A stretch of 64,000 bases of DNA from Hypanus sabinus. Taxonomy: Eukaryota. The notes beneath the pieces were generated by a model, which was not told the origin of the DNA, made no database searches, and saw only the letters and a list, made by a program, of their open reading frames with translations. The stretch spans positions 145,080,001-145,144,000 of the forward strand of contig NC_082715.1 in the NCBI RefSeq assembly GCF_030144855.1. The letters are read 5' to 3'. A program made the translations under genes and the position numbers. Shown piece by piece: positions 53,910 through 64,000 of the stretch (position 1 is the first letter of the stretch; the number at the start of each line of letters is the position of its first letter).

Positions 53910-56335
53910 AAGTCTGTAAATCATAGAAGTCTCAAAGAATTCTACGACATGAGCAACTGCTTTGAGCGTCATTTGGACACGGAGCCCAGGTTCCCTCTGA
54001 TCCTCCACACTGCCAAGAGTCTTACCATTAATATTATATTCTGTCATCACATTTGACCTACCAAACTGAACGACTTCACACCTATCTGGATAGAACTCCA
54101 TCTGCCACTTCTCAGCCCAGTGTTGCATACTATCAATGTCCCGGTGTATCCTCTGACAATTCTCCACACTATCCATAACACCTCCAAACTTCTGTGTCAT
54201 CAGAAAACATCCTAACCCATCCTTCTGTTTCCTCATCCAGGTCATTTATAAAAATCATGAAGAGTAAGGGTCCCAGAATAGATCCTTGAGGCACTCCACT
54301 GGTAACCGACATCCATGCAGAATATTACCCGTCTACAACCACTCTTTGCCTTCTGTGAGCAAACCAGTCCTGGATCCACAAAGTGAATGTCCCCTTCGAT
54401 CACATGCGGCTTTACTTTCTCTATAACCCTTGCATGGGGTATCTTATCAAATGCCCTGCTGAAATCCATTTTCACTATATCTGCTACTCTTCATTCATCA
54501 ATGCGTTTAGTCACATTCTCAAAAAAAATTCAATCAGGGTCATAAGGCACGAGCTGCCCTTGACAAAGACATGCTAACTACTCCTAATGATATATACCTC
54601 TCCAAATGTTCATAAATCCTGTCTCTCCGGATCTACACAATCAGCTTATCAACCACCGAGGTAAGACTCAATGGCCTGTAATTTCCATGGTTATCGGAAC
54701 TCCCTTTCTTGAACAAAGGAACAACATCTGCAAACCTCCATTCCAACAGAACCTCCCCCTTCCCCATTGATGATGCAAAAATCATCGCCAGAGGCTAAGC
54801 AATCTTCTCCCTCACCTGCTGCAGTAGCATGGGGTACATTTTATCCGGACCGGGCGACTTATCCAACTTGATGCTTTCCAAAAGCTCCAGTACATCCTCG
54901 TTCTTAATATCTACACGCTCAAGCTTTTCAGTTCGCTGCAAGTCATCACTACAATCACTAAGATCCTTTTCCATAGTGAATACTGAAGTAAAGTATTCAT
55001 TTAGTATTTCCTCCGGTTCCATACACACTTCCCATAGTCATATCTGATAGGTCCTATTCTATCACGTCTAATCCTCTTTCTCTTCACATACTTGTAGAAT
55101 GCCTTGGGGTTTTCCTTAATTCTGCCAGCCAGGACCTTGTCATCGCCCCTTTTATCTCTCCTAATGCCCTTCTTAAGCTCCTTCCTAGTAGCCTTACAAT
55201 CTTCCAGATACTTAACATTACCTAGCTCACTGAACCTTTTGTAAGTTTTCTTTTCTTCTTGAATAGATTTATTTCAGCCTCTGTACACCACGGTTCCTGT
55301 ACTCTACCATAAATTCCCTGTCTCATTGTAACGTACCTGTACAGAGCTCAACACATATATCCCCTGAAGATTTGCTACATTTCTTCCGTACTTGTCCCTG
55401 AGAACATCTGTTTCCAATTTAAGTCTCCAATTTCTTCCCAGATAGCCTCATAATTCCCCTTACTACAATTAAATGTTTTCTAACTTGTCTGGTCTGATCT
55501 CTCTCCAATGCTATTGTAAAGAAGATAGAATTATGATCACTATCTCCAAAATGCTCTCCCGCTGAGAGATCTGACACCTGACCAGGTTCATTTCCCATAC
55601 CAAACCAAGTACAGCCTCTCCTCTTGTAGGCTTATCTACATACTGTGTCAAGAAACCTTTCTGAACAAACTTAACAAACTTCACCCCATCTTAGCCCTTC
55701 GCTCTAGGGAGATGTCAATCTATATTTGTAAAATTAAAATCTCCCATCACGACATCTCTGTTATTATTACACCTTTCCAGAATCTGTTTCCTTATCTGCT
55801 CCTCGATATTCCTGTTACTATTGGGCGGCCAATAAAAACACCCAGTTAAGTTACTGAACCCTTCCTGTTCCTAACCGCCACCCTCAGAGACTGCGTAGAA
55901 AATCCCTCCATGTTGCCCACCTATTCTGAAGCTGTGACATTATCTCTGGTCAAAAGTGCCACGCCCCCACCTCTTCTGCCTCCCTCCCTGTCCTTTCTGA
56001 AACATCTAAAACCCGGCACTTGAAATAACCAAACCTGTCCCTCAGACATCCAAGTCTCTGTAATTGCCAACACATCATATCTCCAAGTACTGATCCGCTT
56101 TGTTCACAACATTCCTTGCATTAAAGTAGACACAACTCAAGCCTTGGGTCTGAGCGCGTCCCTTCTCTGTCACCTGCCTATCCTCCCTCTCGCACTGAGT
56201 ACAAGCTTTCTCTATTTGTGATTCAATCTCCTCTTCCCAAGTCTCTTCAGTTCGGTTCCCACCCCACCCCGAACAATCCTAGTTTAAAATCTCCCCAGTA
56301 GCCTTAGCAAACCTCCCCTCCGGGATACGTCTCAA
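53910..56335 (-). mobile_element. CR1-clade LINE with the left junction of copy A and the right junction of copy B
   Basis: It starts like 18650/40100 (tcatagaagtctcaaagaa) and runs continuously into the EN region that ends at the L1 site, like 45610. Confidence 0.85.
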
Positions 56336-56357
56336 CTTCATAGAAAAACACAAATAA

Positions 56358-59300
56358 CATGGACGTCACGTGGGTGCCGGGCAAGATGACTGCATGTTAG
56401 TGGAGCTCCGACGACCCGCCATAAAATTCTACCAATTAGAGCATATTTATCCCGCCTTATTCGGATCCAGCTGTTCTAGAGTTCAAACTGTTTTTTTACT
56501 GAAAAATAACAATTTTGCGAGATAATTCGGGACGATGCCAAGAACTTCGAAGAGCGCTACAGCGAGCCAAGTGGTTACAAGACAGGGCCCGCAATCCGAA
56601 GATCAAGACACGCTAACAACACAGACGGACGAAGGCTCCAGCATGGAGAATTTACTGGTTGAGGTTAGTTGTATAAGTTCCATTCTGCTCGGGGTGGGTA
56701 CTGATTTATCTACAATTAAAGAAACGACAACGGAGTTGAAGAACTCTGTCAATGCCATTCAACAGAGGCTGACGGAAACCGAGGGTCGCCTCTCCAGCGT
56801 GGAGGACACCACTCTGCAGCTGGTGGGTACTAGCGAACAGAATAATAAACGCTTGGACCTGCTGTGGAACCGTGTCGTGGAGCTTGAGAGCAGCAGCGGA
56901 GGGAACAACGTCAGGCTGGTCGGTCTGAAGGAGGGTGCGGAAACGGGCGGTCTGATTAAGTGTGTGCAAAGAATCATGTCGGAGGGATTTGGCATCGAAG
57001 TGAAAGCAGAGTTTGAGATTGAGAGGGCGCACCGGGTCCCGGCTCCGGGGTCATGACAGTTTAGGACATTAAAATGGTGAATTTCATATCATGTAACATT
57101 AGTGGGTGTGGAAACCCAATAAAGAGCAAAAAGGATATTATCATACCTTAAAGCTAAAAAAAATTGATGTTCCATTTGTCAAGGAAACACATTTTAAAGA
57201 TGTTGAAGCACTGGAATTTAGAAGAGATTGGGTGTGCCAGGTATTCTTTCGTCATTTAATAGCAAACAAAATGGGACAATAATTTTAGTCAACAAAAAAC
57301 TTAATTTTGTATTGCTTGGAGAATTTCAGGGCAAGGAAGGCAGGATAACTTGTATGGATGCACTTATTAATGGGACAAAGTTAGTACCTTGTAACATATA
57401 TGCACCTAATAAGGAAGACCAAGACTTTCTTCTCAAGGTGAACGAAATTTTAGGCGCCAAGGAAGGAAAAATAATTTTAGCAGAAGACTTTAACTGAGTA
57501 ATGGACCCTGTTATTGATAAAAGCAAATTTCAGACTTCACCTCTACCTAGGGACAGTGCAGTCTTACATCAACTTATTGAAGATATCGGTCTGGTGGATA
57601 TATCGCGATTGGAGAACGCATCCAGAAAAGAATATATGTTTTTCTCTCATCGACATAAATCCTACTCTAGAATAGATTCTTTTTCTAATATCCAACTCTA
57701 TTGTTGACCAGGTAACAGACTGTAAAATTGTCCCAATAGCATTATCAGAACATGCTCCGGTTGTAATTCAAACTGATTTAAATACAGAAAGACGAAAGAC
57801 GGGTAGATGGCGAATGAATATTATGTTGTTAAAAGATCAGGATTTCAGTCATAAACTGGCTGAGGATCTGACTTCGTTTATTGAATTGAACGTTGGGAGC
57901 ACAGTAAAGCTGTCCTCGGTATGGGAGGCATCCAATGCGTATATAAGAGGAAAATTAACAGCACAAGCATCTAAAAAGAAGAAAGAATATATGGAGCAAA
58001 TAAAAAATCTGGAGGCAGACATAATCACTTTGGAAAAGGTCTAATCAAGACAATATACCGATGACCTATACAAAGATCGGTGCAATTTGAAATTCCAGCT
58101 AAATAACATATATAACAAAGAAGCAGAATATGTATTATTTATATCAAAAACAAGTTTCTATGAAGGTGGTGACAAAGCTGGTCAACTGCTGGCACGATAC
58201 TTAAAGCAGCAGAATAGGAATAGTGTTATACGAGTGATTAAGAATGGGGATACATTAGTGTCATCATCTAATGAAAATAATGAAGTCTTTCAACAGTTCT
58301 ATGAACATCTATATGTATCACCGTTTAATCATGACCAGGAGGAGCTGAATCAGTATTTTGCTAACATAAAATTGTCTACATCATCCCCACAACAAGCTGA
58401 GTCCTTGGATGTCCCAATTTCTGAGGATGAGGTCAGACGAGCTATTGCGGCTATGAAAGTGGGAAAATCTCCAGGTATGGATGGCTTCCCAGTTGAATAT
58501 TATAAGAAATTTCTGGACACATTGGCTCCTGTTCTAACAAAATTCTATTCAGAAGCATTTAATTTGGAATCTTCCCCTAATACATTTAATGAAACATTAA
58601 TATCGTTGATCCCAAAAAAAAAGATTGGGATGCAATAGATCCTTCCAATTATAGGCCTATGAGCTTAATTAATGTGGACTGTAAGATACTGACTAAAATA
58701 CTGACTAAACCATTGGCAGGAAATATACACGTTACACAATTTGTACCAGCAGGCCAACCTGCAGAGCACCAAGTAACATCAAAGAATATAAACATTCTGC
58801 ATGTAGCTCGGGATTGGAAAATGGACGTGGCCTTGGAGAAAAAGCTTGTGTTTCCTTCAGACATTGTGGCCACAACACTCCGGCCAGGCATGGCCCTGTG
58901 GTCCACAAAAGCCAAGTTGGCATATGTTGTGGGATTGACAGTGCCATGGGAAGATGGTGTTGAAGAAGCTTATGAGAGGAAAAAGACCAAGTACTCTGAA
59001 CTGGCAACTAAATCTGCTGGAAGACTAAGACTAAGATTTTCCCTGTAGATGTGGGATGCAGGAGATTCGTTGCTACATTTACGACCAGTCTATTCAAGAA
59101 GGTGGGGGTGAGGGATGTCTCCCTCCAACAAGCAATCAAGTCCTTCTCAACTGCAGCAGAAGAAAGCAGCAATTCGATTTGAATTAAAAGGAAACACAAC
59201 AACTGGGCTGCAAGATGAAGATAGGAGGGTACGGAACTGAGGGGTGTGTACCTGGGACGCCAGGTAGCACCGTTGAGCCCTCTGGAGACGTCGTGGGCTT

Positions 59301-61720
59301 ATCAATGAAACGTCAAAGAAGGAGGGTGCACACCCGATGACCCTGATGATGTAGCTACCCTCCTCGTCACCACTCCAAGCCTACTGCCAACATCGAGAGT
59401 GCCGACTTCATCATTGGGATTGAAACATCAAGTCCTAATAGCCCAGCTACTGGCTTCGCGATTAGAAAAAGTATTGTCATCTATAATTAACACTGACCAG
59501 GTTGGCTTCATTAAAGGCAGATACTCAACTGACAATTTAAGGAGATTACTGCATTTAATATGGCTGAACTCCCCAAGTAGTATCCCAGTTACTGCCATCT
59601 TCCTGGACGCTGAAAAGGCCTTTGACAGGGTTGAGTGGAGATTTTTAACCACAGCCTTGTCATTCTTTGGGGTTGACTCTATCTTTAATCATGGATTAGA
59701 ATTTTGTATAAAAACTCTAAGGCTGCAGTTATTACAAATGGTATCATATCCCCATTTTTCAACATTTCACGGGGTACACGCCAAGGCTGCCCCCTCTCCC
59801 CACTGTTATTTACGATTTTTTTTTGGAACCGTTGTAGGTCGTGATTAGAGCAGGTCCAGATATTAGAGGGGTGAAGGGAGGCGGAAAGGAGCATAAGTTG
59901 ATGCTATATGCTGGCGATATTTTATTACTGATTAGTGACCCTCCTAATTCCTTACCCCAACTAATGAAAGCAATTCAATTATATTCTGAAATGTCTATTT
60001 ATAAAATCAACTGTAGTACATCTGAGGCTATGCCAATGTCAAAATTGTGTTATTCAAATTCAGTATCTCAGTTTAGTTTTAGATGCGTGCCAGTTGGAAT
60101 GAAGTATCTAGGGGTCAAACTCAGTCATAATTAGGACGAAATAATTACTTTAAATTATGATCCATTATTGAGTAGGATAAGAAATAATCTGGATGAGTGG
60201 GGGGTCACTGCTACTGTCACTCTGAGGTAAAGTCAATGTAGTTAAAATGGTCCTAGGACCTCAGTTTAACTATCTGTCTATGATGCTTCTTTTAAATATT
60301 TCAGATTTGATCTACAAGCAATACAGCAAAATTATTTGTGACTTTCTATGGGATAAGAAGAAGCCCTGAATTAAAATTAGTAAGATGTGTATGTCCGGTG
60401 ACATCGGTGGGCTCAGTCTACTAGACGTCAGGGCATATAAATTATCCTTTGAAATGACCAAGTTAGCTAAATATTGGGACAGGGCAGATGTTGATTTAGA
60501 TTGGCTAGTTACAGAACGGAGCTTGGCTGCACCACATTCTCTCTTTAACATACTCTCACAACATGTGGAAAACAAGACTAATCTAAATCATAATCTATTT
60601 AACTTAAGGAGTGTTTGGAGTACAAATCATAAATCTTGTAAAATGTCACATTTAAATCAGTTTTCCTCCTCGCACCGGAGTAACCCTGTGATACGCATTG
60701 GGAAAAGAATGGTGAACTGGAAAGAATGGAAGATTAAAGATGTAAATACAGCAGATGTGAGAATAAGATTTTTATGTCGTATGTGGATTTGCAGAGGAAA
60801 TATAACTTTGTAAATAAAAGGCGTTTCTGGAAGTATTTACAAATAAGACATTGCGTTAGTCGCATAATCATGAATGGTGGCCCACAAAGTAAACCTTTAA
60901 GTGAATACTTTACACTACCACAGGAAGTTCATAAAGAATCAATCAGTGTTTTATAAAATGTTCAAGCACTCTGGGTGAACCATGTAACAATCTCAAAGCA
61001 GTATGGCAGAAGGATTTTGGAAGTGATATTGAAGATAATGAGTGCTCAAATATTTTATCAAATGAGGGTAGACCTATTAGGGAAGCGAAAGGGAAATTTA
61101 TTCGGTATAAGATAGTTCACAGATATTATTGAACACCAATTAGACTCTACAAAATGGGGATGGTTGATAATCATTTATTCTGGAAATGTAAAAATGACGT
61201 GGGCACAGATTTTCACATGATTTGGGAGCGTTCCATTGCTCGTCCATTTTGGTGTAAAGTTCTTGATTTGTTGGGGAATTGGTCGGGTCCTACAATGCCC
61301 TTGTCCCCGCGGCTTTCTCTCCCCGGTGATAGGAGAATGATACCTAATGATACCTAAACAATGACAAATTTACTATTTTAAAAGCGCGTCTCATCACAGC
61401 TGCAAGAATTATATTACAAAATGGAAAAAAACCCAGATGTCCCACTGTGAGGGAATGGACTGAGGAAAGGGTTAAGATTTCATCATATGAACACATGTCG
61501 GGAATAATTATCAGTGAGGGAAAAGCGCAAGACGCGTGGGATCAATTTTGGTTGGATGTTGATTTAAACTTAAATTAGAAGGTTTTTTTCTGTTTCTTAG
61601 TTTTATATGTTTTCCGGTCATGGAATGGCTGTGTAAATATTCCGTACTGCAACTGCTCTATGATATGCTGTGTTGCTTTGTAAAATGAGAATAAATAATA
61701 ATATAAATTTGAATTACAAA
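56358..61720 (+). mobile_element. Second near full-length degenerate L1-clade LINE; 14-bp TSD; ORF1 3' half deleted; nested insertion in RT
   Basis: TSD AAAAACACAAATAA (56344-56357) and AAAAACATAAATAA (61721-61734). ORF1 56535-57056; EN from about 57070 including CNIYAP, LAEDFN; RT motifs at 58087-60134. Confidence 0.93.
58704..59447 (+). mobile_element. 5'-truncated RLE-type (restriction-like endonuclease; HERO-like) non-LTR retrotransposon nested in L1 RT; TSD TACTG
   Basis: It encodes LRPGMALWS..LTVPWEDGVEEAYERKKTKYSEL and, after a frame break, PVDVGCRRF. TACTG occurs at 58699-58703 and 59448-59452. The site is uninterrupted at about 24438-24443. Confidence 0.75.
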
Positions 61721-62474
61721 AAAAACATAAATAAATCTACCTAAGACCAGCGGTGATTATTGAGTCTCACTGAACCACTGCAAAGGAGAAAATTCCGCTG
61801 TAATTCTGAAACATTTTCCATCGATATTCCAAGTATCATGTTTCACTACAGCACTCCCTTCATTCCCGCCACCCTGAGTGAAACGCTAAACAGTTGCATC
61901 GTCTGTCCACCATCACAGGCGCTGCATCTCATCCGTGCTGCCAACACTTTAAATGCATTGTGGCAATTAATCATCACGTCGTTTTACATTGACGTTATAA
62001 GCGTATAACATGCAACACAGGAAAGCTTTTACCCGAACAGTTTAACACGATATATTTGTGGATTATATTGACGATACTTTCCACTTCGGAGACGAGGATG
62101 CAACATAGCAGAAACATGAGGGTGAATTCCCCAGTTATATTTGGTAAATAACAAGTGGATACGCCTCAGAGACTCGAGTCAAATTCCTTCTCAGCTTTCC
62201 TTATAACTTTTCTGTATTCTCGCAATAATCAATTCGTTGTAAGCTAATCTTATTGTTCGTCTGTTGTCAGTTAATCGCTTCGTATTTCTGGTCAGATGCA
62301 ATCCTTCTCCCCTGAGATATTGAGCCTATGGCAACCTCAATCCCACAATACTTCAGCCGCTTCGCCCCATTTTGATTTATGTTCCCCCGATGCATTTGTA
62401 TGTGGGGGCTGGAGCTTGGGGCTGTGTGGAAATGTGCAAATGTCAGTGACAGTGAACCTGTGACTCGGTCATAA

Positions 62475-63190
62475 ACTGGTAAATTTTCAAATTGCTTAAT
62501 TGTTGTCCCATGTACCGAGATGCAGAGAACAACCTGTTTTGCAGGTCATTCATGCAGATCAGTTCATCAGTGCATTGAGATAGCACACGCGAGCAGAATG
62601 AAGTGTTAAAGTTACAGAGAAAGTGCAGTACAGGTAGGCAGTAAGGTGCAAGGGCATAACGACATAGAATGTGAGGTCAAGAGTCTATCAGTAGGGAAAC
62701 ATTCAGTGATCACGTAATACCGAGACAGACGCTGTCTTTGAGCCTGGTGCTATGTGCCTTTAAATCTTTTGGATCTTCTGCCCGATGGGATGGGGGAGGA
62801 GAGAGAATGTTGCAATGGATGAGGTCTTTGCCTATATTGGCTGCGTTGCCGAGGCAGCGAGAGTGTACACAGAATCCATGGAGAGGAGTTGGCTTCCGTG
62901 ATGTGCTGAGCTCGATGCGCAACTCTCTTTAGTTTATTTCAATTACCAGCAGAGCAGACACCATACCCAGCCGTGATGCATCCAGACGGAATTCATCGAT
63001 AAAAATTGCTGAAGTCAAAGTTAGAGCGCCAATGAGCGCTCTTTGCCGTGACATCTACGTGGTTGGACCAGGATAGGTTGTTGGTGACGTCCACTCCACT
63101 GAACTTGAATTTCTCAACCCTCTCGATCTTAGCATCGTTTACATAGTTGCCCCGCCCATTTCCTGAAATCAAGATCCAATTCATTCGTGA
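62475..63190 (-). mobile_element. Rex1/Babar-type LINE fragment upstream of VJ4
   Basis: Paralogue of 1155-1880 (ORF 62993-63322). Confidence 0.65.
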
Positions 63191-63196
63191 GTAGAG

Positions 63197-63204
63197 ATCT
63201 GCAT
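63197..63204 (+). promoter_or_regulatory. Octamer-like ATCTGCAT
   Basis: Conserved position upstream of the ATG at 63321. Confidence 0.55.
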
Positions 63205-63320
63205 GTATATATATTTCAGTGACTTTGCAGTCTTTCACAGTTCTTAAGGAGCAGCTTCGAAAGCCCTGAACAGGACTTGTGTCCGAAAGCCTTTGACTTC
63301 TGATTCTTATCAGCTTCACC

Positions 63321-63369
63321 ATGGCTGAATGGGTCCTGGTACTTGCCGTGTTTATGTCTTGTTTGTTCA
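63321..63369 (+). CDS. Leader exon, gene 4 (MAEWVLVLAVFMSCLF)
   Basis: ttcaccATGG, GTAAGT donor at 63370, AG at 63456-63457. Confidence 0.93.
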
Positions 63370-63457
63370 GTAAGTAGAATACTTACTCCTTTATACTGTC
63401 CTTAATGTCGTGTTTTTAACTCAAGGGTTTTAAATAATTATTTGTTACTTTCGCCAG

Positions 63458-63808
63458 CGGCAAACGCGGAGATGACTTTGACTCAGCCTCCGTCCGTATC
63501 GTCGTCTCCGGGTACAACCGTGAAAATCACTTGTACCATGTCAGGGGGCAGCATCGGCAGCTATTACACGAGCTGGTACATGCAGAAACCCGGCAGCGCC
63601 CCAATTTTTGTGTGGTATCGAAGCTCCACGAGAGGATCGGGAATTCCAGATCGATTCACCGGTTCCACAGACGCATCGAACAACAAAATGCATTTAACCA
63701 TCACCAACGTGCAATGGCAGGACGCCGCCGATTATTACTGTGGTGCTGGGTATACTAGTAGCCCGTACACAGTCACGTTTGGGAGAGGAACCAAACTGAA
63801 TTTCAACA
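63458..63808 (+). CDS. IGLV: Germline-joined VJ exon, gene 4; CDR3 [12 protein letters not shown]; C exon outside the window
   Basis: Open frame with ITC, WY, YYC and FGRGTKL. Donor GTAAGT at 63809. Confidence 0.95.
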
Positions 63809-64000
63809 GTAAGTAAATATTTGTTGGGGTCTAATCACCTTTTGATTTTTTGGGGGTTTTTTTTCGATTGACCCTTGGAATAGTATTATCAAACCTGATG
63901 CTTCGATCTGATTTACAGTCCGCCTCTCATTAGTTTTCCAATACCGCAGGCAGAAAACTAACACATATGCATCCTGTTTGCTTGGTAGTTACTTAATTTA

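Larger units (their letters stand above)
1..64000 (+). repeat. Head-to-tail segmental array of Ig light-chain miniclusters (leader-to-leader spacing 26327, 18713 and 16270 bp)
   Basis: The order of unique blocks and TE relics is the same in each unit. The length differences are explained by the visible indels. Confidence 0.92.

Noticed and set aside
63768-63774. CACAGTC heptamer-like sequence in the CDR3 of VJ4 as a residual or cryptic RSS
   Set aside because: There is no nonamer-like sequence at 12- or 23-bp spacing (GGAACCAAA and GAATTTCAA), and it is absent from the other three CDR3s.
1-64000. CRISPR arrays, rRNA/tRNA genes, heavy-chain or TCR segments, RAG-type transposon ends
   Set aside because: No regular repeat-spacer array, no convincing structural RNA signature, no D segments or transmembrane exons, and no paired heptamer-nonamer signals were seen by eye.

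Overview
This is eukaryotic genomic DNA from a cartilaginous fish. That is inferred from the Ig sequence type and the repeat content; a batoid is plausible but not proven. The window is a tandem array of immunoglobulin lambda-type (type II/NS3-like) light-chain miniclusters, all on the + strand. Each unit has a leader exon, a germline-joined VJ exon (no RSS), a J-C intron of about 3.3-3.6 kb and one C exon. There are four VJ exons (2147, 28475, 47188, 63458) and four C exons (6120, 12992, 32079, 47991). Two genes are complete and apparently intact (2011-6442; 28338-32401). One extra intact C exon has no VJ of its own. One unit is a multiply inactivated pseudogene (47051-48313). The last L-VJ has its C exon beyond the window end. 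The amplified unit carries embedded TE relics: CR1 LINEs, a Rex1/Babar-type LINE fragment abutting the promoter, and a Tc1 remnant. An L1-clade LINE sits at the same site about 1.6 kb upstream of three VJ genes, and the fourth gene keeps the empty site. One L1 copy contains a nested RLE-type (HERO-like) retroelement fragment. Exon, splice and TSD coordinates were read directly from the sequence. TE boundaries are approximate and family names come from motif recognition, with no database search.
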